In this document: positions 12,918 to 25,251 of the stretch, piece by piece
Position numbering within the stretch: the stretch's first letter is position 1
How the letters are laid out: each line of letters starts with the position of its first letter
Source: an uncultured Thiopseudomonas sp.
GTDB taxonomy: Bacteria; Pseudomonadota; Gammaproteobacteria; Pseudomonadales; Pseudomonadaceae
Direction of reading: 5' to 3'
Assembly: GCA_964394445.1 (NCBI GenBank)
Contig: CAYMXO010000006.1
Coordinates: 4,211 to 68,210 of the forward strand
DNA: 64,000 nucleotides
Notes under the pieces: model-generated
Database searches by the model: none
What the model was told of the DNA's origin: nothing
The model's input: only the letters and a program-made list of their open reading frames with translations
Program-made: the position numbers and the translations under genes

Positions 12918-13361
12918 ATGAACAGACAACTCAAACCGGCCGGGCAGATCCTGCGCGGCAATCATCTGCTGCAGCGGCTGTTGCAGCAGGCCGAAACCCT
13001 GAGCCGGCTTCAGGCTCTGGTGCATGACTATCTGGCACCAGCTGCCCGCACACAAGTGCAGCTTGGCAGCTACCAGGACGGCATCCTGACTCTGGTGCTC
13101 AGCGATGCCGCCTCGGCTACCCGATTGCGCTACCAACAAGAGCGGCTGCTTGACCAGTTACGGCAACATCAGGAGTTTTCCAGCCTGCAACGCATCCGCC
13201 TGAAAATCCGTCCGGCAGAAAGCGCTCCGCCCGAAGTACGTGAAGAACGCCGCTACCTGACAGGGGCCGCCAGTGCCAATATCCGCCAGGGTGCACAGGC
13301 CATTGAAGACCCCGAACTGCGCGCCGCCCTGCAGCGCCTGGCCGGCAATACCCACCCCTGA
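12918..13361 (+). CDS. DUF721 / DciA-like protein
   Basis: 147 aa. The pattern ...LQALVHDYLAPAARTQVQLGSYQDGILTLVLSDAASATRLRYQQERLLDQLR...IRLKIRP matches my memory of the DUF721 profile, and it is a secA/lpxC neighbour. Confidence 0.6.
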   Translation: MNRQLKPAGQILRGNHLLQRLLQQAETLSRLQALVHDYLAPAARTQVQLGSYQDGILTLVLSDAASATRLRYQQERLLDQLRQHQEFSSLQRIRLKIRPAESAPPEVREERRYLTGAASANIRQGAQAIEDPELRAALQRLAGNTHP

Positions 13362-13371
13362 TTACAGACTC

Positions 13372-13445
13372 CGCGTGTAGGGTACACGCCTTTGTGGGAA
13401 CGCGGCGTGTGTAGTGGGCAATGCCCGGTCAGGGGCCTGCCCCTG
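13372..13445. repeat. Intergenic palindromic elements (REP-like) between the DUF721 gene and hpt
   Basis: Hairpins GCGTGTA-GGG-TACACGC (13372-13388) and TCAGGGG-CCTG-CCCCTGA (13428-13445). The second resembles the type B REP core TCAGGGGGCAAGCCCCT. Confidence 0.45.
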
Positions 13446-13497
13446 AGCAATACCGGCCGCCGCAGCACAAAACACCTGGCGGCAGCTGCAACACAAA

Positions 13498-14055
13498 TTA
13501 CATGCCCTTTACCGCATAAATTCCCGGGGCATTGCGCCAGTAGCCCTTGTAATCCATGCCATAACCGAATACATAGCGGTCCTGGCATTCAATGCCGACA
13601 AAGTCCGCCTTGAAAGACGGGTCCGCCTTGCGCTCATGCTGCTTGTCCAGCAGCACTGCCGTATAGACGTTGCGCGCTCCGGCATGGCGGCAAAAATCAA
13701 TAATGGCCATCAGCGTATGGCCCTCGTCCAGGATGTCATCCACGATCAGGACATCACGATCGATGAAGGACACTTCCGGTTTGGCCTTCCAGAACAGCTC
13801 GCCACCGCGGGTTTCGTTGCGGTAACGGGTCGCATGCAGATAGGACTGTTCCAGCGGGAAGGTCAACCGGGTCAAGAGTTGGCCGGCAAAGATCAGGCCG
13901 CCGTTCATCACACAAAACACCACCGGATTGCTGTCCTGCAGCGCAGCGGTGATTTCTCCGGCCACCCGGCCAATGCAGGCTTCGACTTCCGCCTGCGGAT
14001 GCAGGCAGTCTGCTTCAAGCATGACCTGCCTGATGTGTTGCAATTGTTCTGACAT
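13498..14055 (-). CDS. hpt: Hypoxanthine-guanine phosphoribosyltransferase
   Basis: PRPP-binding loop VLIVDDILDEGHTL. 185 aa from MSEQLQHIRQ. Confidence 0.85.
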   Translation of the reverse strand: MSEQLQHIRQVMLEADCLHPQAEVEACIGRVAGEITAALQDSNPVVFCVMNGGLIFAGQLLTRLTFPLEQSYLHATRYRNETRGGELFWKAKPEVSFIDRDVLIVDDILDEGHTLMAIIDFCRHAGARNVYTAVLLDKQHERKADPSFKADFVGIECQDRYVFGYGMDYKGYWRNAPGIYAVKGM

Positions 14056-14112
14056 GTTGTAATTCCATAAAAGCGTTGCGCACAAACCTGGTGCAGCAAC
14101 CTGCTGCCCGGA

Positions 14113-15345
14113 TCAGGGCAGCGTACGTGGCAAAACCAGGTTCAGCAGCAAGGCTGCAACCGCACACAGCGAGATGCCCGAAAGGGCAAAATCACCGGTT
14201 CCCATCACCATGCCGCCTATACCAAACACCAGCGTCACCGAAACAATGATCAGGTTACGCGGTTCGGACAGGTCCACCTGCTGGCGGATCAGGGTGTTCA
14301 GCCCGACCACGGCAATGGAGCCGAACAGCAGGCACAGAATGCCGCCCATGACCGGCACCGGAATGCTTTGCAGGGCCACGCCAAACTTGCCGATAAAGGC
14401 CAGGGCAACGGCAAACACCGCCGCCCATGTCATGATCACCGGGTTGTAGTTGCGGGTCAGCATCACAGCGCCGGTCACCTCGGCATAGGTGGTATTGGGC
14501 GGGCCGCCAAACAGGCCGGCGGCCGAGGTGGCCAGTCCGTCACCGAGCAGGGTACGCTGCAGGCCCGGCTGCTGGATGAAGTTCTTGCCGGTCACACCAC
14601 CAATGGCAACGATACCGCCAATGTGTTCGATCGCCGGCGCCAGCGCCACCGGCAGCATGTACAGGATGGCCCCCAGGTGAAATTCCGGTGCAACAAAGGC
14701 CGGCATGGCCAGCCAGGGGGCCGCCACAATGGGAGCCGTTTCAATTACGTCAAACATCAGCGACAGCAGCGTACCGACAATGATGCCGGCAAGAATCGGC
14801 ACCAGCCGGAACAGCCCGCGGCCCAGCACGGCCACGGCCAGGGTGCTGAACAGCGCGGACATGGAAATGATCATCGCCGTGCTGTATTCAATCAGCTGGG
14901 TACCGCCGTCCCCGGACTTGCCCATGGCCATGTTCACTGCAGTCGGCGACAGCGCCAGGCCAATACACATGATCACCGGTGCAATCACCACCGGCGGCAG
15001 CAGGCGTTCGATAAAGCCGGCACCACGCAGCTGGACCGCCAGGCTGAGCAGCACATACATGAAGCCGGCAGCGATAATGCCACCCATCACCGCCGGCATG
15101 CCGAAAGCGGTTTTCGCCGCCAGGATCGGCGCGATGAACGCAAAGCTGGAAGCAAGGAATACCGGCACCTGCCGTTTGGTGACCAGCTGGAACAACAGGG
15201 TACCGATACCGGCGGTAAACAGCGCCACGTTGGGATCCATGCCGGTTATCAGCGGCATCAGCACCAAGGCACCGAAGGCCACAAACAGCATCTGCGCGCC
15301 GGCCAGTACCTGCCGCGGCACGCTGTTGTGCGTCGCGTCCTGCAT
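14113..15345 (-). CDS. uraA: Uracil permease (NCS2 family)
   Basis: 410 aa, polytopic, with a UraA-like N-terminus (QMLFVAFGALVLMPLITG). Adjacent to upp. Confidence 0.85.
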   Translation of the reverse strand: MQDATHNSVPRQVLAGAQMLFVAFGALVLMPLITGMDPNVALFTAGIGTLLFQLVTKRQVPVFLASSFAFIAPILAAKTAFGMPAVMGGIIAAGFMYVLLSLAVQLRGAGFIERLLPPVVIAPVIMCIGLALSPTAVNMAMGKSGDGGTQLIEYSTAMIISMSALFSTLAVAVLGRGLFRLVPILAGIIVGTLLSLMFDVIETAPIVAAPWLAMPAFVAPEFHLGAILYMLPVALAPAIEHIGGIVAIGGVTGKNFIQQPGLQRTLLGDGLATSAAGLFGGPPNTTYAEVTGAVMLTRNYNPVIMTWAAVFAVALAFIGKFGVALQSIPVPVMGGILCLLFGSIAVVGLNTLIRQQVDLSEPRNLIIVSVTLVFGIGGMVMGTGDFALSGISLCAVAALLLNLVLPRTLP

Positions 15346-15347
15346 GA

Positions 15348-15986
15348 TCAGTTTTCCTTTTGCTTGGTACCGAAGATGCGGTCGCCGGCGTCGCCCAGCC
15401 CGGGAATGATATAGCCCTTGGCATTGAGTCCCTGGTCCACCGATGCGGTATAGATTTTCACATCCGGATGCCTGGCCTGCACCGCTTCAATGCCTTGCGG
15501 TGCGGCAACCAGCACCATGGCACGAATCTCGCGACAGCCGGCCCTTTTCAGCAGGTCGATGGTCGCCACCATGGAATTGCCGGTGGCCAGCATGGGGTCG
15601 ATGATCAGCGCCAGTCGTGAATGCATGTCCGGTGCGAGTTTTTCCAGATAGGTTTGCGCCTGCAGGGTTTCCTCGTTGCGCACCACCCCCACCGCGCTGA
15701 CTTTGGCGCCCGGGATCAGGCTCAGCACGCCGTCCAGCATGCCGATTCCGGCACGCAGAATGGGTACCACGGTAATTTTTTTACCGGCAATTTTCTCCAC
15801 CTCCACGTCCCCGTCCCATCCTTGCGTGCTATAGGTTTCCAGTGGCAGATCCTTGGTCGCCTCGTAGGTCAGCAGGGTGCCGATTTCCTGGGACAGTTCG
15901 CGAAAATTCTTGGTGCTCAGATCGGCACGACGCATCAGGCCCAGCTTGTGGCGAATGAGCGGATGGCGGATTTCTTCAACGGACAT
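15348..15986 (-). CDS. upp: Uracil phosphoribosyltransferase
   Basis: [47 protein letters not shown]..., PRPP loop [12 protein letters not shown]. 212 aa from ATG 15986. Confidence 0.95.
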   Translation of the reverse strand: MSVEEIRHPLIRHKLGLMRRADLSTKNFRELSQEIGTLLTYEATKDLPLETYSTQGWDGDVEVEKIAGKKITVVPILRAGIGMLDGVLSLIPGAKVSAVGVVRNEETLQAQTYLEKLAPDMHSRLALIIDPMLATGNSMVATIDLLKRAGCREIRAMVLVAAPQGIEAVQARHPDVKIYTASVDQGLNAKGYIIPGLGDAGDRIFGTKQKEN

Positions 15987-16143
15987 TGGGAGTACTCCAA
16001 GTACAGGTCGGGTGGGTTCGGGGCAAGTATAAAGCAAAGCCGTCCTGTGGCGGCAAAGTATAGGGCTTGTTGTGCCAGGCAGGCGGATCGCACCACATGC
16101 CGCTGCTGCAAAGCCTGCCCAGGCTGCATCCATGATCGTCCAG

Positions 16144-16178
16144 GCAAAAAAAACCGCCTGCAGGCAGGCGGTTAAAAA
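16144..16178 (-). terminator. Rho-independent terminator downstream of lpxC
   Basis: Hairpin AACCGCCTG-CAGG-CAGGCGGTT (16152-16173), preceded on the plus strand by an A-run, which is a T-run after the hairpin on the minus strand. Confidence 0.7.
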
Positions 16179-16197
16179 CTTGAGAAGGTTTGCTGCG

Positions 16198-17109
16198 TTA
16201 TTGCGACGCAGCAGGTCGCATATAGGAAATGGGTGCCGTAGCGGCATCCTCAAAGGTTACAACCTCCCAGGCGTCGGGCTGGCTCAGCAGCTCGCGCAAC
16301 AACTGGTTGTTCAGCGCATGGCCGGACTTATAGCCACGAAATTCGCCAATCAGGCTCTTGCCCAGCAGGTACAGGTCTCCAATGGCGTCAAGGATCTTGT
16401 GTTTGACGAATTCGTCTTCATAGCGAAGTCCGTCCTCGTTCAGCACTGTATCCTCGTCCACCACAATGGCGTTGTCGACACTGCCGCCCAGAGCCAGGTT
16501 GTGCGCTCGCAGGTATTCGATATCACGCATGAAACCGAACGTACGGGCACGGCTGACTTCCTTCACAAACGATGTGCTGGAAAAATCAACACTGGCAACC
16601 TGGGTACGCCCCGCCACCACCGGGTGGTCAAAGTCGATTTCAAAGCTGACCTTGAACCCGTCAAAAGGTACGAAGGTGGCTTTTTTCTCGCCATCGCTGA
16701 CGCTGACCTCGCGCAGGATGCGGATAAACTCCTTGGGAGCATCCTGGTCTTCGAGACCGGCAGATTGCAGCAGGAAAACAAAGGGACCGGCACTGCCATC
16801 CATGATTGGAACTTCCGGTGCCGACAATTCCACATAGGCATTGTCGATACCCAGTCCCGCCATGGCGGACAGCAGATGCTCAACCGTATCCACCTTGACA
16901 TCGCCGTTGACCAGCGTGGTCGACATGGTGGTTTCGCCAACGTTGTCGGCCAGGGCACGGATTTCCACCACAGGATCCAGATCCATGCGGCAGAAAACGA
17001 TGCCCGTATTAACCGGGGCAGGCTTGAGCGTCAGATAGATTTTTTCGCCCGAGTGCAAGCCTATTCCAGTGGCCCTGATGGTGTTTTTCAAAGTACGTTG
17101 TCTGATCAT
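16198..17109 (-). CDS. lpxC: UDP-3-O-acyl-N-acetylglucosamine deacetylase LpxC
   Basis: [39 protein letters not shown]... 303 aa from ATG 17109. Confidence 0.96.
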   Translation of the reverse strand: MIRQRTLKNTIRATGIGLHSGEKIYLTLKPAPVNTGIVFCRMDLDPVVEIRALADNVGETTMSTTLVNGDVKVDTVEHLLSAMAGLGIDNAYVELSAPEVPIMDGSAGPFVFLLQSAGLEDQDAPKEFIRILREVSVSDGEKKATFVPFDGFKVSFEIDFDHPVVAGRTQVASVDFSSTSFVKEVSRARTFGFMRDIEYLRAHNLALGGSVDNAIVVDEDTVLNEDGLRYEDEFVKHKILDAIGDLYLLGKSLIGEFRGYKSGHALNNQLLRELLSQPDAWEVVTFEDAATAPISYMRPAASQ

Positions 17110-17214
17110 GCCGAAATAGCCGCTGTCTTCCAATTATTGCGAATGGTTTTCAATTGGCGGCATCTTAACAGATGCCGCCTTAATAGAGAAACCGCGCTGG
17201 CCTGCTCTTCCACT

Positions 17215-18408
17215 CTAGTCCGCCTGGCGGCGCAGGAAAGCAGGAATGTCGAGATAATCCAGTTCTTCCTGCTGCTGCGGGGCACTTGCCGAAGCTGCCG
17301 CATTGCGCCGGAACGTGGGTTTGTCATAACTGCTGTAGTCGCTGTTGAACTGCTCCCCAACCGCCCTGGCGGTTACGACAGTACCGGCAACCGCATCGGC
17401 ACTCTGGCCCAGGTTGACCGTGTTGTCGACCACCTTGACCGGCTTCTCGACGCGGCTGTTCAGGCCGGTGACCACCACGGTGACATGCAGCTCATCGCGC
17501 ATCTCCGGATCAATCGCAGTACCCACCTTGACGATGGCTTCTTCAGTGGCGTATTCCTCGATGATTTCACCCACTTCGGAGTATTCGCCGATCGACAGGT
17601 CGGGGCCGGAGGTGATGTTGACCAGGATGCCGCGGGCGCCCTGCAGGTTGACATCATCCAGCAGCGGGTTGCGGATGGCTTCTTCAGTGGCCTCGCGGGC
17701 ACGGTTCGGGCCGCTGGCACGACCGGTACCCATCATTGCCATGCCCATTTCGCTCATCACGGTACGCACGTCGGCAAAGTCGACGTTGATCATGCCGGGA
17801 CGCTTGATGATGTCGGAAATACCACGAACCGCACCGGAGAGCACGTCGTCAGCCTTGGCAAAGGCGCTCAGCAGGCTCGCATCCTTGCCCAGGATGGTCA
17901 GCAGCTTTTCGTTGGGAATGGTGATCAGCGAGTCGCAGTGCTCGGCCAGCTCACGGATGCCATCATCGGCAATCTGCTGACGACGCTTGCCCTCAAACGG
18001 GAACGGACGGGTCACGATGGCTACCGTCAGGATGCCAAGGTCCTTGGCCACCTGGGCAATCACTGGCGCGGCACCGGTACCGGTACCACCGCCCATGCCG
18101 GTAGCAATGAAAACCATGTCGGCACCGTCAAGTACCTCGTGGATGCGCTCGCGGTCTTCTTCGGCTGCCTTGCGGCCGACTTCCGGATTGGCGCCGGCAC
18201 CCAGGCCCTTGGTCACGCTGGTACCCAGCTGCAGCACGGTACGTGAGCCGACGCTCTGCAGGGCCTGGGCATCCGTGTTGGCGCAGATGAACTCGACGCC
18301 TTCGATGTTGTTGTTGATCATGTGGTTGACCGCGTTGCCGCCGCCCCCACCCACACCGACTACCTTGATGACTGCGCTTTTGCTGGTCTGGTCTACTAAA
18401 TCGAACAT
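17215..18408 (-). CDS. ftsZ: Cell division protein FtsZ
   Basis: VGVGGGGGNAVNHM and the tubulin signature GGGTGTGAAPV. Start at MFDLVDQ. Confidence 0.97.
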   Translation of the reverse strand: MFDLVDQTSKSAVIKVVGVGGGGGNAVNHMINNNIEGVEFICANTDAQALQSVGSRTVLQLGTSVTKGLGAGANPEVGRKAAEEDRERIHEVLDGADMVFIATGMGGGTGTGAAPVIAQVAKDLGILTVAIVTRPFPFEGKRRQQIADDGIRELAEHCDSLITIPNEKLLTILGKDASLLSAFAKADDVLSGAVRGISDIIKRPGMINVDFADVRTVMSEMGMAMMGTGRASGPNRAREATEEAIRNPLLDDVNLQGARGILVNITSGPDLSIGEYSEVGEIIEEYATEEAIVKVGTAIDPEMRDELHVTVVVTGLNSRVEKPVKVVDNTVNLGQSADAVAGTVVTARAVGEQFNSDYSSYDKPTFRRNAAASASAPQQQEELDYLDIPAFLRRQAD

Positions 18409-18457
18409 AGTGCTCTCCTCACCTTCTCGAATCACCGGTCAGGCCGGCTGTTTTTAA

Positions 18458-19705
18458 TTAAAAGTTGTTTTGTACCCAACGGCGGATGCGCTGCACCGCC
18501 GAAGGCTTGTTGCTGTCCTTTACCGGCTCGCCATGTTCGGCCGGCAACCCTTCTTTCTGCTTGTTCAGGCCATAAATCAGCAGGCCTACCGCGGTTGAAT
18601 ACACCGGGTTGCGCAGCAGGTCCGACATCCCCTTGATGCCCTGCGGACCGCCGACACGTACCGGCATGTGAAATACTTCTTCGGCCAGCTCAACCGCGCC
18701 TTCCATCTTGGCGGTGCCGCCGGTCAGCACGATGCCGGCCGGGATCATGTCCTCGTAGCCGCTGCTGCGGATCTTGGCGTGGATCAGCTGGAACAGTTCT
18801 TCGTAACGCGCTTCAACCACTTCGGCCAGCGCCTGACGCGACAGGTCGCGCGGAGCGCGATCGCCAACGCTGGGCACCTTGATGGTTTCATCCGGGTGGG
18901 TCAGTTTGGCCAGCGCGCAGGCGTAGCGGATCTTGATCTCCTCGGCGTATTGCGTCGGGGTGCGCAGCGCCATGGCAATATCGCTGGTGACCTGGTCACC
19001 GGCGACCGGAATTACGGCGGTGTAACGGATCGCGCCCTCGGTAAAGATGGCGATATCAGCGGTACCGCTGCCGATGTCCACCAGGCAGACGCCCAGCTCC
19101 ATTTCGTCATCGGTCAGCACGGCGGTGGCCGAAGCCAGCTGTTCCAGAATGGTGCCATCCAGGTCAATCCCGCAGCGGCTGACGCATTTTTCCACGTTTT
19201 GTGCCGCATTGGTGGCACAGGTGACCACATGCACGCGGGCTTCCAGGCGCACACCGGACATGCCCAGCGGCTGACGCACACCTTCCTGCTTGTCGATGAT
19301 GTAGTCCTGGGCCAGGGTATGCAGGATGCGCTGGTCGGCGGCAATGGGTACGGCCTGGGCGGCATCCAGCACACGCTCCATGTCTTTGCGGCTGACCTCA
19401 CCATTGTGGATGGCAACGCTGCCGTCAGAGTTCTGGCTGCGGATATGGCTGCCGGCCAGGCCGACATAGGCGGAATGCACATGACATTCGGCAAGCTGCT
19501 GCGCCTCGTCAATGGCCTGCTGGATTGACTGCACGGTGGACTCGATGTCCACGACCACACCTTTTTTCAGGCCGCGGGTCGGGCTGGTTCCCATGCCGAC
19601 CACGTGCAGCTCGTCGCCGGGCAATACCTCGGCTATCAGCGCCACCACCTTGGAGGTGCCGATATCGAGCCCGACAATCATGTTTTGACCTGTTTGGTAC
19701 GCCAT
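18458..19705 (-). CDS. ftsA: Cell division protein FtsA
   Basis: MIVGLDIGTSKVVALIAEV..., actin-like fold. I chose the start at MAYQTGQN (ATG 19705). Confidence 0.95.
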   Translation of the reverse strand: MAYQTGQNMIVGLDIGTSKVVALIAEVLPGDELHVVGMGTSPTRGLKKGVVVDIESTVQSIQQAIDEAQQLAECHVHSAYVGLAGSHIRSQNSDGSVAIHNGEVSRKDMERVLDAAQAVPIAADQRILHTLAQDYIIDKQEGVRQPLGMSGVRLEARVHVVTCATNAAQNVEKCVSRCGIDLDGTILEQLASATAVLTDDEMELGVCLVDIGSGTADIAIFTEGAIRYTAVIPVAGDQVTSDIAMALRTPTQYAEEIKIRYACALAKLTHPDETIKVPSVGDRAPRDLSRQALAEVVEARYEELFQLIHAKIRSSGYEDMIPAGIVLTGGTAKMEGAVELAEEVFHMPVRVGGPQGIKGMSDLLRNPVYSTAVGLLIYGLNKQKEGLPAEHGEPVKDSNKPSAVQRIRRWVQNNF

Positions 19706-19721
19706 GTAAAAAACGTCTCCC

Positions 19722-20573
19722 CTATTGCACTGCGGCATCACTGTCATTGTCACGCCAGGCTACTGCCAGGCCGTTGGCATAGCGCAAATCAATACGCGCT
19801 ACCTGGTCCATCTGTTCCTTCAGCTCTCGTTCATAAATCGCGGTAAAACGCCGCATTTTTTCCAGAATCACATCTCGTCCGAGCAGCAGCTCAAGACCAT
19901 TGCCGGTCGTAACAAACCAGCTGCCACGAGCCCTCAATTCAAGCCGGGCAATGCTGTAGCCCAGCGGCCGCAACACGCGGGTCAGGCTCCAGTACTGCTG
20001 CATCACCTGTTCCTGGGTACCTTCCGGCCCCAGCAGGCTTGGCATTTCAGCATCCGGCGCCCGGGTCACTCCGGCAAACACCTGACCCCGGCTGTTCAGC
20101 CACTGCTGCTCGCCCCAGCGGGCAATCGGCTGCTGCTCTACTACTTCGACCTTTAACTGGTCCGGCCAGATCCGGCTGATGCGGGCCTGGTCGACCCAGG
20201 GCAGCTGTTCCAGTGCCTGCTGCATCCCGGCCAGATTGGCCGTCAAAAACCGTACCTCACCAAATCCCTCCAGCTGCTGCTGCAACTGTTGCTGGTTCTG
20301 GGCTGCCACCTCGCCCAGTTTGCCTTCGACCAGCACCTGGGCGATCGGCCGGTCCAGCTGTGGCCGCAGCTCCTGCCAGGCCCGCATGCCGGCTCCCAGC
20401 ACGGCCACGGCCAGCACCAGATAAAAAACGTGTCCCAGCAGTCGCCAGTTGATCTTTGGCAGTTGCCAGCTCCTGCGCTGTTTAACTTTCGGTGGCGCAA
20501 TACGGCTGGCACCACGAGGGGCTGCCTGCCCTCTCATGCCATTTCTGCCGCTGATGCCCACACGTAAAGTCAT
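19722..20573 (-). CDS. ftsQ: Cell division protein FtsQ
   Basis: Basic N-terminus, a single TM segment, POTRA/FtsQ body, and position between ddl and ftsA. Confidence 0.88.
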   Translation of the reverse strand: MTLRVGISGRNGMRGQAAPRGASRIAPPKVKQRRSWQLPKINWRLLGHVFYLVLAVAVLGAGMRAWQELRPQLDRPIAQVLVEGKLGEVAAQNQQQLQQQLEGFGEVRFLTANLAGMQQALEQLPWVDQARISRIWPDQLKVEVVEQQPIARWGEQQWLNSRGQVFAGVTRAPDAEMPSLLGPEGTQEQVMQQYWSLTRVLRPLGYSIARLELRARGSWFVTTGNGLELLLGRDVILEKMRRFTAIYERELKEQMDQVARIDLRYANGLAVAWRDNDSDAAVQ

Positions 20574-20582
20574 GATGAACCC

Positions 20583-22952
<2,370 letters not shown>

Positions 22953-22981
<29 letters not shown>

Positions 22982-24023
22982 CGACTACCTGCTTGGCCGC
23001 ATCCGGGCGGGCCAGTTTGCGCGCCTCTTGCGCCATCTCGATCAGCCTCTGGCTATTCATGAAAACCTCGGTCAATCGCTCAGCCAGCAACTTTGCAGTC
23101 AGCTGGCGTTGCGGCAATACCAGCGCAGCCTGGTGCTGCGCCAAAAATTCTGCGTTTTTGCTCTGGTGGTCATCAATGGCGTGCGGCAAGGGAATCAGGA
23201 ACGCAGCCCGCCCCATCACTGCCAGCTCACTGACAGTCAACGCGCCGGCCCGGCAGATCACCAGATCCGCCCAGACATAGGCTGCTGCCATGTCGTCAAC
23301 AAAGGGCGACACGTCTGCCGCAACCCCTGCTTCGGCATAACGCTCGCGAGTAACCTCTGCGTGCTGCTCGCCACTCTGGTGTCGTACCTGCGGGCGCAAC
23401 TCCGCCGGCAACAAAGCCAGCGCCGCCGGCAACAATTTGTTCAGCGGCTCTGCGCCCAGGCTGCCACCAACCACCAGCAAACGGGCCGGACTGGCTACTT
23501 GCTGTTTGTCCTGTACCCGGGCGACAAGTTCAGCGCGCACCGGATTTCCTGTCGTAAGCAGCCGCCCGCTGCTGGAAAAAACACCTGGAAATGCCTGGCA
23601 AATGCGCGCTGCAAACCGGGCCAGGCTGCGGTTGGCCGTGCCAGCCACGGCATTCTGCTCATGGATCACCAGCGGAATGCCGCACAGGCGTGCAGCCAGG
23701 CCGCCGGGACCGGTCACATAGCCACCCATCCCCAGCACACAAACCGGACGCAAGCGACGCATCAGCCGCCATGACTGCCAAAGGGCCCCCAGCAGTTGCC
23801 AGGGTGCAGTCAGCAGCCGGGCCATGCCTTTACCGCGCAAGCCGGTGGCAGAAATGTTGTGCAGCTCGATTCCGGCGGCCGGCACCACCCGGCATTCAAT
23901 ACCGCGGCCGGCACCCAGCCAGTGCACCTGATAGCCGCGCGCGCGCAATTCATCGGCACAGGCCAGTGCCGGAAACACATGGCCTCCGGTGCCTGCCGCC
24001 ATAATCAATACGCACTTAGACAC
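22953..24023 (-). CDS. murG: Lipid II glycosyltransferase MurG
   Basis: [17 protein letters not shown] motif. I propose GTG 24023 ([11 protein letters not shown]), which overlaps the ftsW stop by 8 nt and gives ~356 aa. The track ORF extends to 24113. Confidence 0.92.
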
Positions 24024-25251
24024 GATCCACCCCCTGCAGCTGCAGTTGGCCCCGGGCATCTGCCACCGGCAATGTTGGCGCCGCGACAGCGGACTGCCGC
24101 AGCTCCCATTCAATGCGCAACAACACGGCCAGCGATACGCAACAAACGACCAGCGAGCTGCCGCCGTAACTGATAAAGGGCAGCGTCAAGCCCTTGGTCG
24201 GCAGAATGCCGGCGTTCACTCCAATGTTGATGAACGCCTGGCCGCTCCACATCATGGCGATGCCATAGGCGCTATAGGCGGCAAAAGCGCGGCCGGCCAG
24301 TTGCGCCCGGCGGCCAAGGCGCAAGGCACGAACACAGACAAACGTCAGCATGGCCACGGTCAACAGTGCCCCGACCATGCCCAGCTCTTCAGCCAGCACG
24401 GCAAATACGAAGTCGGTGTGGGCCTCCGGCAGATAGAACTGCTTCTGCACGCTGTTGCCCAGCCCGGCACCGAAAATATCACCACGTCCAAAGGCAATCA
24501 GCGCCTGGGACAGCTGGTAACCACTGCCAAACTGGTCACGGAACGGGTCGGTGAAGCTGGTAATGCGTTCCAGCCGGTAACTTTCGGCAGTCACGAAAAA
24601 CCAGCCCAGGGCGCCAAGAATCACCAGCAAGGGCGCTGCGACTTTCATACTGGTACCGGCCAGGAAGATCATCACTACCACGCTGCCCACCATGACGGTG
24701 GTGGCGCCAAAGTCGGGCTCGGCGTAAATCAGTGCCGCAAACAACAACAGCACCAGCAGCGGTTTGACAAAACCGAACAGCTTTCTTTCCAGTTCGGCCT
24801 GATGCCGCACCAGATAGCCGGCAATGAAAAACACCATAAACAGCTTGGCCGGTTCTGACGATTGCAGGTTGAACACACGCAGGTTCAGCCAGCGTTTGGA
24901 ACCGTTCACCTCATGGCCGATACCCGGCACATACACCAGCACCAGCAGGATAAAGGCAACAGCCAGCAGGGCGCCGCTCCACTGGTGCCAGCGTTGTACT
25001 GGCACCAGCAGGCAAAAGCCGCCGGCCGTCAGTCCGGCCAGCACGTACAGGGAATGACGGATGAAGTAATAGTAGTGGTTGCCGCCATTGTGCGCTGCCG
25101 AGACCGCCGACGACGCAGACGCGTTCATGACCAGCCCAAGCCCCAGCAGACACAGGCAGATACCCAGCAGCCAGTAATCGAGGACGATCTTTTGCTGGCT
25201 TCTGCCCAGTGGTGAATTGTTCAGCCAGGCTGAAACAGGTTGCAGGATCAT
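24016..25251 (-). CDS. ftsW: Peptidoglycan glycosyltransferase FtsW (SEDS family)
   Basis: 411 aa, polytopic SEDS protein. ATGA overlap with the murD stop, in the dcw position. Confidence 0.93.
   Translation of the reverse strand: MILQPVSAWLNNSPLGRSQQKIVLDYWLLGICLCLLGLGLVMNASASSAVSAAHNGGNHYYYFIRHSLYVLAGLTAGGFCLLVPVQRWHQWSGALLAVAFILLVLVYVPGIGHEVNGSKRWLNLRVFNLQSSEPAKLFMVFFIAGYLVRHQAELERKLFGFVKPLLVLLLFAALIYAEPDFGATTVMVGSVVVMIFLAGTSMKVAAPLLVILGALGWFFVTAESYRLERITSFTDPFRDQFGSGYQLSQALIAFGRGDIFGAGLGNSVQKQFYLPEAHTDFVFAVLAEELGMVGALLTVAMLTFVCVRALRLGRRAQLAGRAFAAYSAYGIAMMWSGQAFINIGVNAGILPTKGLTLPFISYGGSSLVVCCVSLAVLLRIEWELRQSAVAAPTLPVADARGQLQLQGVDRV

Noticed and set aside
16072-18246. 724-aa ORF on the plus strand
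   Set aside because: Antisense to lpxC and ftsZ. Same GC-rich mirror-frame artefact, with no recognisable domain.
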